A stretch of 64,000 nt of DNA, taken from assembly GCA_022827725.1 (NCBI GenBank), contig JAJEIJ010000029.1, positions 6,215 through 70,214 on the forward strand, written 5' to 3'. The DNA comes from Acidimicrobiia bacterium. GTDB lineage: Bacteria; Actinomycetota; Acidimicrobiia; Acidimicrobiales; Bin134. This document shows, one piece after another, positions 1 to 8,431 of the stretch. How positions within the stretch are numbered: the stretch's first letter is position 1; the number at the start of each line of letters is the position of its first letter. The notes under the pieces were generated by a model, which was given only the letters and a program-made list of their open reading frames with translations, searched no databases and was not told the DNA's origin. The position numbers and the translations under genes are program-made.

Positions 1-1041
1 AAGACCGCGGTTCTGATTGAAGCGCTGATGGCAGGCGGTGCCCGTGTCATTGCGATGGGCAACGAGGGCACCACGCAGTTCGGGACCGTCGAAGTGCTGA
101 GCGACATCGGTTGCGAGGTTCTTGATCGGCCGGGTCAGGGGCCAGAGGCAACCGCAGCCAACCTCGCCCAGATCGCATCGGCGGAGCCGCAGTTGATTTT
201 GGACAACGGAGCGGAACTCATCGTGGCCTGTCTTCGCAACTCGCGCGTGCCACTGGGGGCTACCGAGGAGACCACCTCGGGGGCGTTCCGATTGAGGGAG
301 GAGCACGCTGGCGAGGTCGGTTTTCCCGTCATCGTGATCAACGACAGTCCCCTAAAGGCGATCGTGGAGAACAAGCACGGCGTTGGTGAGTCTGTCGTCG
401 ACACGATTGGGCGCGTGACCAACATGTCGTTCCACAAAAAACGGGTCGCGGTGTACGGATATGGCTGGTGCGGTCGCGGCATCGCCCTTTATGCCGAACA
501 CCGGGGCGCCGACGTCACCGTGCTCGAACTCGATCCAACCAAGGCGCTTGAGGCCGCGATGGATGGGTTCGATGTCGCCGATGCGTCACACGTGCCGGTC
601 GATGCCAACGTGGTCATCACTGCAACGGGCCGGGCTGGTGTGGTTGACTTCGCCTCAATCCAGCAGCTGCGCGACGGCGTGCTGTTGGCGAACGCCGGTC
701 ATATCGACACCGAGATAGACGTTGAGGCCCTGGAGCAGAGTGCGTCCGGAGTCGAATTGACCCCATCGCTGACTCGTCACGAGCTCCCAAACGGCAAGAC
801 GGTGTTTTGCATCGCTGATGGCAAGATCGTCAACCTTGCCGCCTATGGAGGAATCGGCAACCCAATCGAGGCCATGGATCTGGGTCTGACCCTCCAAGCT
901 CGATCGCTCGCCGCACTCGTCGCACCGGACTGCGGACTAGAAGCTGGTCCCCAACCTGTTCCCGCGACGGTCAACGATCAGGTTGCAACTGCGATGTTGC
1001 GGAGCATGGGTCAATCGTTTCGACCCGTCGACGCCGACTGA
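1..1041 (+). CDS. S-adenosyl-L-homocysteine hydrolase-like NAD-binding protein (5' end outside window)
   Basis: Frame is open from nt 1 (KTAVLIEALMAGGARV). AHCY-type motif order: ILDNGAEL, TEETTSGAFRL, INDSPLKAIVENKHGVGES, Rossmann VAVYGYGWCGRGIA. C-terminus diverges from canonical AhcY. Confidence 0.6.
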   Translation, partial: KTAVLIEALMAGGARVIAMGNEGTTQFGTVEVLSDIGCEVLDRPGQGPEATAANLAQIASAEPQLILDNGAELIVACLRNSRVPLGATEETTSGAFRLREEHAGEVGFPVIVINDSPLKAIVENKHGVGESVVDTIGRVTNMSFHKKRVAVYGYGWCGRGIALYAEHRGADVTVLELDPTKALEAAMDGFDVADASHVPVDANVVITATGRAGVVDFASIQQLRDGVLLANAGHIDTEIDVEALEQSASGVELTPSLTRHELPNGKTVFCIADGKIVNLAAYGGIGNPIEAMDLGLTLQARSLAALVAPDCGLEAGPQPVPATVNDQVATAMLRSMGQSFRPVDAD

Positions 1042-1176
1042 AACACCGAGCATTCCACGGTCTCGCCGACCCCCCAGTCGAATGCCCTGGATCAATGGGG
1101 GGCGCGTCCCAATGCCACACGAGGCATCCCCGGGCACCCACGCTGGAACACTTATGTGCGCTGGATCAGAGGAGGG

Positions 1177-1497
1177 TCATAGGGGAGGGGGCGGGGAGAG
1201 GTGGGCGGGGATATCTCGTCGGGCGTGCAGGATGCGCCAGATGTCGATGTGGTTTTCGGTGGCCATATAGAAAATGAGGTAGGGGAATTTCTGGAGAGGC
1301 CAGTTCCGAAGCTCTGGGATCTCCAGTTCAAATGCGAATCGGAGCGACCCGGTGAATGGATGCTGCTGAAGGTGGTTTATCGCGGCTTCTAGCGCGTCTA
1401 CGAAACTGAGTGCGGTATCAGGACCGGCTTCTTCGCGGTAGTAGGCCACCGCGGCCTCGACATCGTTGGCCGCGCGGGCGCGGAGGTGGACTTGCAC
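1177..1497 (-). CDS. parE: ParE/RelE-family type II toxin
   Basis: 106 aa, GTG start. C-terminal FPYLIFYMATENHIDIWRILHARRDIP is typical ParE. Lies 3 nt downstream of an RHH antitoxin gene. Confidence 0.85.
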   Translation of the reverse strand: MQVHLRARAANDVEAAVAYYREEAGPDTALSFVDALEAAINHLQQHPFTGSLRFAFELEIPELRNWPLQKFPYLIFYMATENHIDIWRILHARRDIPAHLSPPPPL

Positions 1498-1500
1498 GGG

Positions 1501-1734
1501 CTAGGTGTTGGCCTGGGCTTGGTTTCGGAGTGATTCGAAGTATGCAGTGTCGGCTTCGGTGGAGAGGGGGGATCGGGCGCCCTCGAGGAGCGCATTTCGA
1601 AGTTGGCCGCGGTCGTAGTCGTGGCGGATCAGATCCCGTATGTATTCGCTGGTCGATCCATAGTTGCCGTGGCTGACCTGAGAATCGACAAAGCTCTTGA
1701 GATCGTCGGGAAGCGACACATTCATCGTGGCCAT
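1501..1734 (-). CDS. parD: ParD-type ribbon-helix-helix antitoxin
   Basis: MATMNVSLPDDLKSFVDSQVSHGNYGSTSEYIRDLIRHD is the ParD/CopG RHH signature. The ORF track extends to 1785, but that extension encodes the promoter/operator palindrome, so ATG 1734 (or 1725) is preferred. Confidence 0.8.
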   Translation of the reverse strand: MATMNVSLPDDLKSFVDSQVSHGNYGSTSEYIRDLIRHDYDRGQLRNALLEGARSPLSTEADTAYFESLRNQAQANT

Positions 1735-1742
1735 TTCCCAAG

Positions 1743-1770
1743 AGTCTAGCATTTTGGCAATCTTTGCCAA
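1743..1770 (-). promoter_or_regulatory. Candidate parDE promoter with overlapping palindromic operator
   Basis: Minus strand reads TTGGCA, 16 nt, TAGACT, 8 nt, then ATG(1734). The perfect palindrome TTGGCAAtctTTGCCAA (1754-1770) overlaps the -35 element and spacer. Confidence 0.5.
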
Positions 1771-1804
1771 AGCATGCGTGTTCATATGAGGGGTGGCTGC
1801 TACA

Positions 1805-1817
1805 GGAAGCGGCTTCC
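1805..1817. promoter_or_regulatory. 13-bp palindrome GGAAGCgGCTTCC in the parD / RHH-mazF divergent spacer
   Basis: Perfect 6-bp arms read directly from the sequence. Position fits an antitoxin operator. Confidence 0.3.
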
Positions 1818-1821
1818 GCGG

Positions 1822-1849
1822 TTGGTTATGTATTCAAAGCTGCTAACAT
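1822..1849 (+). promoter_or_regulatory. Candidate promoter of the RHH-MazF module (leaderless transcript predicted)
   Basis: TTGGTT (1822-1827), 16-nt spacer, TAACAT (1844-1849). ATG 1856 lies 6 nt after the -10 element. Confidence 0.35.
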
Positions 1850-1855
1850 TTCTGC

Positions 1856-2050
1856 ATGCAAAGCACTAGCGTGCGGATCGACATCGCTACGCACCGAGAG
1901 TTGAAGGAACTGGCCGCTTCCCTGGGCACCACGGTGGGCGACACAGTTGCCATCGCGGTGCGGCGGTTGCGCCAAGACAAGATCGGAGCTGAGTTGCACG
2001 GTGAACTCACTATTGAAGAGGTCAGTTGGCTCGATGCTGACCTCGGGTGA
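1856..2050 (+). CDS. Ribbon-helix-helix antitoxin (MazE/PemI position)
   Basis: 64 aa; N-terminal SVRIDIATHRELKELAASLG is an RHH-type beta-strand/helix. Overlaps the downstream MazF-like gene by 17 nt. Confidence 0.7.
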   Translation: MQSTSVRIDIATHRELKELAASLGTTVGDTVAIAVRRLRQDKIGAELHGELTIEEVSWLDADLG

Positions 2051-2378
2051 TGTCGTTGACTTAGATCTGGGGGCACCTGAGGGACGAGAAGCTGGGTTTC
2101 GGCATCCCGCAGTTGTGGTGACCGCCCAGCGAGTGCTTGATGCTGGGCCGAGTATTGTCCATGTGGTTCCGCTTACGACGGTCCTTCGAAAGTTTGCATC
2201 AGAGGTGGAGTTTGAAGCCGATTTCGAGAATGGGCTGGACCATGCGTCAGCTGCCCAGTGTCAGCACATCCGCGCCGTTGCTGCTAGCCGCATCGAAAAC
2301 ACTAGGGGCAATGTCGGCGGTACAGTGCTCAACCAGGTCCGGGAAGTGCTCGGCATCATCCTAGATCTGCCCGGGTAG
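2034..2378 (+). CDS. mazF: MazF/PemK-family endoribonuclease toxin
   Basis: SGDVVDLDLGAPEGREAGFRHPAVVVT...VHVVPLTT matches the PemK/MazF core. ATG 2034 lies inside the longer 1947 ORF of the track. Confidence 0.8.
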   Translation: MLTSGDVVDLDLGAPEGREAGFRHPAVVVTAQRVLDAGPSIVHVVPLTTVLRKFASEVEFEADFENGLDHASAAQCQHIRAVAASRIENTRGNVGGTVLNQVREVLGIILDLPG

Positions 2379-2443
2379 ACCTCGAGCTCCACGGATTTGG
2401 AATCAGAGGAGCCTCGCCTGACGCCTGGTGGCGTTGGTCGCGG

Positions 2444-3952
2444 TCACTCGGTGATTGGCTGCGATGTGGGGGTTCCGCTTACTCGGTGGTCGGCCACCGT
2501 TTGGTCCAAGGCCTTCGACATTTGTGTCACGAGATGGCGTTCGGTGCCATAGCGGTTGTCGCGCTCGGGGAGGTCGTGCACGAGGTTGAACATCTCCCCG
2601 GGATGATTGTGGGCCACGTAGCCGCGCTCGGAGCGGTACCAGTCGGGTTCTTCCCTCTCGCTCCCGCTCGGCGCGTCCACAAATAGCCACGGTCCTTGGC
2701 GCAGGGCGAACCGGCCATCGCCGCCGTGAAGCACCAGAGAGGTGCGCCCTCCTTCTTGGCCGCGCAGTACCGGAAGCATTGATTCGCTGTCGAGCTCGCC
2801 GAAGTCTTCCAGGGACGAGTTGAGAACATCGGCGCAGGTGGCGAGCAAGTCTGAAAGCGACACCAGGGCGTCCGAAGTCGAGCCTTCGGGAATGACCCCG
2901 GGCCAAGAAGCGAGAAAAGGCACCCGGTGTCCGCCCTCCCACACGTCGCGTTTGACTCCCCGCAAGGGTCCCATGCTGTAGTGCTGCGTTCGGCGAGCGC
3001 GAGCGAAGGCGCCTTCATCGTCGGCGACTTCGAGCTCGGGTCCGTTGTCGCTCGTGAATACCACCAGGGTGTTCTCAGTGCAGCCCGCGTGGTCGAGCGC
3101 AGCCGTAATCTCGCCTACTACCCAATCGACTTCGCAAACGAAGTCTCCATAGGCCCCAATCCCGCTGCGTCCCTCGAACTGCTCATTCGGGACAACCGGT
3201 GAGTGGGGGCTGGTCAGCGGGAAGTAAAGGAAGAAGGGCTGTCTGCTCGTAGCGGCCTCGGAGATGAAAGCGACCGCACGCTTGGTGCATTCAGGGACGA
3301 TGCTGCGAGGTTCCCAACTGGCCACCGCCCGGCCATCATGACCGTAGACGTGGGCCGGCTTTGGTTCGGTCGGCGCTTCGACGACCCGGTCGTCCTCAAA
3401 CCAGGTATAGGGGGCGAAGTTGGGCACGTCCACACCGAAATAGGAGTCAAACCCGTGGTCGGTGGGCCCGCCGCCGATGGGGCGGGTGTAGTCGATGTTG
3501 TCTTCGTAGACGGCGCGCTTTGGGTCGCAGTAGGCACCGTAGGGGAGTGTGTCGTTGGGCCGGGTTCCGTCCTTGGTCGGCCAGTCCCACCCAAGGTGCC
3601 ATTTCCCAATGCAGGCTGTCCGGTAGCCGTGCTCTTGGAGCAGCGTTGCCACGGTCTGTTGCCCGGGTTCGATGAGCGGCGCATCCCAGTGCCAGACGAT
3701 GCCTCTCTTCAGCCGTGTCCTCCAGGCATAGCGACCGGTGAGGATGCTGTATCGGCTGGGACTGCACACCGCCGAAGTGGCGTGGGCATCGCGAAATCTC
3801 TTGCCCCGCTGGGCGAGGGCATCGATATTTGGGGTCGGGATTCTGCCTCCGGTCTCGTTGCAGCCCACGTCTCCATAGCCGAGGTCGTCGGCGAGGATGT
3901 AGACGATGTTCGGGCGCTTCACCTGGCCTAGCAACCTACTTTGATTTCCCAA
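2444..3952 (-). CDS. Cys-type (formylglycine) sulfatase
   Basis: NIVYILADDLGYGDVG and the CxPxR motif SAVCSPSRYSILTGR. TTG start at 3952, alternative GTG at 3922. No signal peptide seen. Confidence 0.9.
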   Translation of the reverse strand: MGNQSRLLGQVKRPNIVYILADDLGYGDVGCNETGGRIPTPNIDALAQRGKRFRDAHATSAVCSPSRYSILTGRYAWRTRLKRGIVWHWDAPLIEPGQQTVATLLQEHGYRTACIGKWHLGWDWPTKDGTRPNDTLPYGAYCDPKRAVYEDNIDYTRPIGGGPTDHGFDSYFGVDVPNFAPYTWFEDDRVVEAPTEPKPAHVYGHDGRAVASWEPRSIVPECTKRAVAFISEAATSRQPFFLYFPLTSPHSPVVPNEQFEGRSGIGAYGDFVCEVDWVVGEITAALDHAGCTENTLVVFTSDNGPELEVADDEGAFARARRTQHYSMGPLRGVKRDVWEGGHRVPFLASWPGVIPEGSTSDALVSLSDLLATCADVLNSSLEDFGELDSESMLPVLRGQEGGRTSLVLHGGDGRFALRQGPWLFVDAPSGSEREEPDWYRSERGYVAHNHPGEMFNLVHDLPERDNRYGTERHLVTQMSKALDQTVADHRVSGTPTSQPITE

Positions 3953-4016
3953 CGAACGAACGGCGGGTCATCGACGGGGCGTTAAGCAGGCCTTCGGTGC
4001 TCTGCTACTGGCTTGT

Positions 4017-5723
4017 TCAAAATGCGTTGGTGGGGAGGGGGTCGATGGCCAGCTCAATGACTGCGGGGCGGTCTTCGGCAATCATGTCCCGGATTGCGTG
4101 ACGGAGGCCAGCTTCATCGGTTACGCGGGTGGCGGCGCAGCCGAATGATTCGGCATATTTCACCAGATCGGGATTGCGCAACTCGGTGCCGAGGAGCCTG
4201 CCGCCGTAGTTGAGCTCTTGGTCGAGGCGGGTGTTGCCGTAGCCGCTGTCGTTGATCACGATGTGGAGGGAGCCGATGTCGTATTGGACGGCGGCGGCCA
4301 GCTCGTTGCTGGCGAACAGGAAGCCTCCGTCGCCGCTGATTGACACGGCTGGGCGTTCGGGGGCGGCCAGCTTGGCGCCGAGGGACATGTTCATGGCAAA
4401 GCCAAGGGTGCCCATGTACGAGGAAGTGAGATAGGAGCGCGGGTGGGCCACTGGCAGGTACATGTGGCACATGTAGCCCACCATGGTGGCGTCAATGGCC
4501 AACACTGCGTCTTCGGGCAGGCTGTCGCTCAGGGCTTCGACGATTGCGGCTTGGGGGCCGGCGGCGCGGTGGGCGGCAACGACTTGTCGGCGAGCCTCCT
4601 GCCACTCGCCGGAGCGGTCGGGGCTCGGATCGCTGATCTGCCGCAGCGCGCCGAGCAGGTCGGTTGCCCCCGCTTCGGCGTCGCCCACCAGGGTCACCTC
4701 GGGCGGGGTGAATCGGCCGATCTCCGCGGGATCGACGTCGAGATGAATCAGTCGGCTGCTTTCGCCTAGCCCGACGCCCTGGAGACGGGTTCCCACGGCG
4801 AGCACCACATCAGCACTGGCGATGACCGGCGCGAGTCGCTCGTGGACGAACACGGTGCCGATTGCCGCGGGATTGCGGCCGTCGATCACGCCCTTGCCCT
4901 CGCGAGTGGAAATGGTCGCCGCTTGGAGGTGATGTTGCAGATAGCGCAGGACCTGTGCTGCGCCATGGGCCCCACCGCCCACCACGATCAGGGGATGGTG
5001 TGCTTCGGCCAACAGCCTGGCGGCTTGCGAGACGAGATCGGGGTCTGGCCTCAGCGGCTCGCTGGCCACCGGGTCGATCACCGGAGCAGCAGTAGGCTCC
5101 TCCATGGTTTCGGGTGGGATCTCGAGGTGGGCCGGGCGGGGACGGCCGCTGGTCATAACCGCGAAGGCCCGTCGAACAGCGGCGGGAAGTTGATCGGCGT
5201 CGGTGACTCGCTCAGCGTGCTTGGTGATCGGCCGGACTACGTCGAGCTGATCGTGTACCTCGTGGGGAAGGCTGTTACCGCGGCCGATCGCATCGCGGTT
5301 GATCTGGCCCGAAATCTGGAAGACCGGCGACGACGCGGCGTACGCCGTCGCCAGGCCGGCCCCAGCGTTATACACGCCGGGACCGGGCACAATGAGAGTT
5401 GTGCCCGGTCGCCCGCTCACTCGGGCATAGCCATCGGCCATGTAGGCGGTGGCCTGCTCATGGCGGGCGGTGATGTAGCGGATCTTGTCGGCACCGAGGT
5501 GGAACGAGTCGAGGATGGGCATGAGCTGCACTCCGGGGATGCCGAACACCACCTCGACGCCTTCGCGCGCAAGCTGCCCGACGACCGCCGATCCGCCCGA
5601 TCGTGTCGGCTGGGCCTCGATTCGCTCGGTCATAGTGGCCTTCGCCCTTACCGTTCCCGTGGCAGCGGCAACATAGCGCGTCTTTGCGACATCGCTTCCA
5701 GTTCCATCCGCTTTGCTGGACAT
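4017..5723 (-). CDS. Thiamine-diphosphate-dependent enzyme (acetolactate synthase / sulfoacetaldehyde acetyltransferase-like fold)
   Basis: 568 aa with the three-domain ThDP layout. ThDP motif ISGDGGFLFASNELAAAVQYDIGSLHIVINDSGYG. Alternative ATG at 5633 (MTERIEAQ). Substrate not assignable by eye. Confidence 0.8.
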   Translation of the reverse strand: MSSKADGTGSDVAKTRYVAAATGTVRAKATMTERIEAQPTRSGGSAVVGQLAREGVEVVFGIPGVQLMPILDSFHLGADKIRYITARHEQATAYMADGYARVSGRPGTTLIVPGPGVYNAGAGLATAYAASSPVFQISGQINRDAIGRGNSLPHEVHDQLDVVRPITKHAERVTDADQLPAAVRRAFAVMTSGRPRPAHLEIPPETMEEPTAAPVIDPVASEPLRPDPDLVSQAARLLAEAHHPLIVVGGGAHGAAQVLRYLQHHLQAATISTREGKGVIDGRNPAAIGTVFVHERLAPVIASADVVLAVGTRLQGVGLGESSRLIHLDVDPAEIGRFTPPEVTLVGDAEAGATDLLGALRQISDPSPDRSGEWQEARRQVVAAHRAAGPQAAIVEALSDSLPEDAVLAIDATMVGYMCHMYLPVAHPRSYLTSSYMGTLGFAMNMSLGAKLAAPERPAVSISGDGGFLFASNELAAAVQYDIGSLHIVINDSGYGNTRLDQELNYGGRLLGTELRNPDLVKYAESFGCAATRVTDEAGLRHAIRDMIAEDRPAVIELAIDPLPTNAF

Positions 5724-5748
5724 CTCTGGTCTCGTACCATAGGGTAGT

Positions 5749-5785
5749 TATTGCGGTATTCGCACAAATAGTGCAATAAACGCAC
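5749..5785. promoter_or_regulatory. Candidate operator/promoter element shared with 15319-15354
   Basis: TTATTGCGG(5749-5757)...GTGCAATAAACGCAC(5771-5785), 16-50 nt upstream of the SBP gene. AGTGCAATAAA (5770-5780) is identical to 15319-15329. Confidence 0.45.
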
Positions 5786-5800
5786 AGAGGGAGGATTCTT

Positions 5801-7228
5801 ATGCCAAGTAGTAACAGCGACCGTCAGCGTTCACCTGGGCGCCTTTGGCGCATTCTCGCAGCAGTCTTCGTTCTTGCCCTCGTCGCGGCCGGATGCGGCA
5901 ATGACGACGATTCGAGTGGTGTGACCGATCCAACCCCGGAGGTGGCCAGCGGCGGTGCTGACGACAGTTCGGGCGACGCCTCGCCTGAGCCAGCGGATGA
6001 TTCGGAGGAGGGGACCGCTGATGCCCCGGCACCCGCCCCGACGCCAGAGCTCTCTGGAACGATCGGCTTCATCAAGGGGCCGCATTCGGCGATGGAGGTC
6101 GAGTTCAACGAGCAGATCATTGCCGATTTCAATGCACAGGTCGCCCCCGACGTCAACGTCGAGTTCTCAACCTATGACTGGCCGGTACACGTAGCTGAGC
6201 TGACAACCCTGTTTGCCAGCGGTTCGCCGCCAGATGTCCAATATCTCGTCGATCTCATCTATCCGGCGTTCGCAGAGCAAGGTGTTTTGCACGACATGAC
6301 GGACTTGGTCAACGATCCGGAGTGGGCCGACGAGCGGGCCGACATCAGCCCCTTCGCCTGGGATCTGGCCGAGCAGCAAGGCGGCACGTGGGGTGTGCCC
6401 GTGCTCGGTGCCGTATACAACATCTTCATCAACGAAACCCTTCTGGAGGAGGCGGGCTTGCTTGACAGCTGGGATGACTCCTATGAGTCGATGCTTGCCG
6501 CGGCCGAGGAACTGACAACCGATGATGTATTCGGCTTTGCGGCGCGAACTTCGGCCGCCGACTTCGCCTGGTGGGATTGGTACCCCTACATCCACAATGC
6601 AGGCGGCGACGTGTTGTCCGACGATTGGACTGAGTGCGGGTTGGTCGGCCAGGACGTGGTCGACGCCATGCAGTTCCTGATCGACATCCACACGGCTGGT
6701 GTCACCCCAGCAATCGGTTCGCTGGACAACCAGGGCCTGTTCGACCTGTTCGCCGCGGGACGTGTGGCGATTTTGCATCATGAGACGCCGAACATCGTGT
6801 CGCTGAATGAGAACCCGCCGGGCTTCTCATGGACGGTCGCGGCTGCGCCCCCCGGGCCACAGGGCCACACGGTGATGGGGAACTTCGGAATCTTGAGCAT
6901 CGCAGAGGCCAGCAACAACAAGGACGCGGCATGGGAGTTCATCAAGCACTGGGCATCTGCTCCGCAGGTTGGAAGATTCGCGGAGCAGGTGAACCTGCAA
7001 GTTGTCCGCACCGACATCATCGGCGATCTGTTTGCCGAGAACCCGGCCATGAAGACCGTGCAATCCGAGCTTGTACCTCGTGTCCAAGGGCTTCAGCCGC
7101 ATCCCCAAATCCTCGAAGCGCTGCAAGCCGCGTGGCCAGTGGCTGAGGATGCGTTCCGCGGAAACCTGACTGGCGAAGAAGCCGTCGCTGGGATGTGTGC
7201 CGCGATCGACGGCGTCCTCGCCGGGTAG
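5801..7228 (+). CDS. ABC transporter substrate-binding lipoprotein (family 1, CUT1 sugar type)
   Basis: Signal peptide with lipobox LVAAGC, then an acidic S/P/D/E linker and an SBP_bac_1-like body. Heads a permease-permease-ATPase operon. Confidence 0.9.
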   Translation: MPSSNSDRQRSPGRLWRILAAVFVLALVAAGCGNDDDSSGVTDPTPEVASGGADDSSGDASPEPADDSEEGTADAPAPAPTPELSGTIGFIKGPHSAMEVEFNEQIIADFNAQVAPDVNVEFSTYDWPVHVAELTTLFASGSPPDVQYLVDLIYPAFAEQGVLHDMTDLVNDPEWADERADISPFAWDLAEQQGGTWGVPVLGAVYNIFINETLLEEAGLLDSWDDSYESMLAAAEELTTDDVFGFAARTSAADFAWWDWYPYIHNAGGDVLSDDWTECGLVGQDVVDAMQFLIDIHTAGVTPAIGSLDNQGLFDLFAAGRVAILHHETPNIVSLNENPPGFSWTVAAAPPGPQGHTVMGNFGILSIAEASNNKDAAWEFIKHWASAPQVGRFAEQVNLQVVRTDIIGDLFAENPAMKTVQSELVPRVQGLQPHPQILEALQAAWPVAEDAFRGNLTGEEAVAGMCAAIDGVLAG

Positions 7229-7329
7229 CGGAAGGGCAGAAACCACGTTCGCATCAGGCCGCTGCGGCCTCCAGGACTTTCCCCTCCCCTCGGAGGCCAT
7301 TGCAGCGGCCACGTGCGAGCCCTTCAGGA

Positions 7330-7380
7330 GTTCTGGCGCCCCAGGCAGGTGGGATTTGGGGCGCCAGAACCTCCCTTTTT
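7330..7380 (+). terminator. Intercistronic stem-loop / partial intrinsic terminator after the SBP gene
   Basis: Perfect 13-bp stem, gttctggcgcccc (7330-7342) with ggggcgccagaac (7358-7370). 15-nt loop, followed by ctcccTTTTT. Confidence 0.55.
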
Positions 7381-7492
7381 CGGTGTTGGCTATCTTCAGT
7401 GAGAGGCGGGGAGCGTCTAGGCAAGCACCAGAGCGGCTCGGGGCCCGTTGCTTGGCTTTGGCTAACTTCAATGCGAGGGGAGGCAGCACGCG

Positions 7493-8431
7493 ATGACTGA
7501 TGTCGACACCGGCTTGAGCAGCACGCAGCTGACCCTTTCCCCGGAGGAGCACCGCCGGCTGCGGAGACGATACCGACGGCGTACAACGCTCACCGCCTAC
7601 GCCTTTTTGGGACCGAATCTGCTGGCGTTTATCGCGTTTCTCCTCATTCCAGTTGTGTGGCTTTTCGTGTCCACGTTCAGGACTGGAGGCGTGCTTGGTC
7701 CTGCTGAGTTCGTTGGCCTCGACAACTGGCGAGACACATTCGCCGACCCGCTGGCTAGAACAAGCATCCGCAACACGGTGGTCTACAGCGCGATGGCGAT
7801 CCCGGCCGTGTTCATCATCGCCATGGTCTTGGCATTGGCATTGCGCACGATTTCCCGCGGCAGTGCTCCGATCCGCGTTGCCCTGTACTTGCCGACACTC
7901 CAACCAGCCGTAGTGGCTGCGTTCATCTTTGCGTTCGTGCTGCACCCCGACTTCGGGGTAATCAACTATGCCATTCGGGGGCTTGGCGGCGACCCGATCA
8001 ACTTCCTGGGCGACACGTCGCTCGCGCTCCCCACGATTGCCGGGATCGAGGTGTGGCGGGGGACCGGGTTCTGGACGATGATGTTCCTCGCTGGTTTGAC
8101 AGCTCTGCCCAGCGAGCTCTACCACGCCGCGGAGATCGACGGGGCCGGCGCGATACGGCGGTTCCTGCGGCTGACGCTTCCCTTGCTGCGGCCGACCTTC
8201 TACTTCGCGGTCATTTTTGCGACGATCGTCAACCTCCAGCTCTTCGACTCCGTTTTCGCGCTCACCGATGGAGGTCCGGTCAACAGCACGATCTCGGTGT
8301 CGCTCTACATCTATCGGAGCCTGTTCTTGTTTGGCGACATCGGTTTCGGAGCGACGCTGTCCTTCCTGCTGGTCATCACTGTTCTGGTCCTCACCGGGCT
8401 TCAGACGTTCCTGCTGCGAGACCGGAAGTGA
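7493..8431 (+). CDS. ABC transporter permease (MalF/UgpA type)
   Basis: Six hydrophobic segments. EAA loop YHAAEIDGAGAIRRFLRLTLPLLRP. Confidence 0.9.
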   Translation: MTDVDTGLSSTQLTLSPEEHRRLRRRYRRRTTLTAYAFLGPNLLAFIAFLLIPVVWLFVSTFRTGGVLGPAEFVGLDNWRDTFADPLARTSIRNTVVYSAMAIPAVFIIAMVLALALRTISRGSAPIRVALYLPTLQPAVVAAFIFAFVLHPDFGVINYAIRGLGGDPINFLGDTSLALPTIAGIEVWRGTGFWTMMFLAGLTALPSELYHAAEIDGAGAIRRFLRLTLPLLRPTFYFAVIFATIVNLQLFDSVFALTDGGPVNSTISVSLYIYRSLFLFGDIGFGATLSFLLVITVLVLTGLQTFLLRDRK

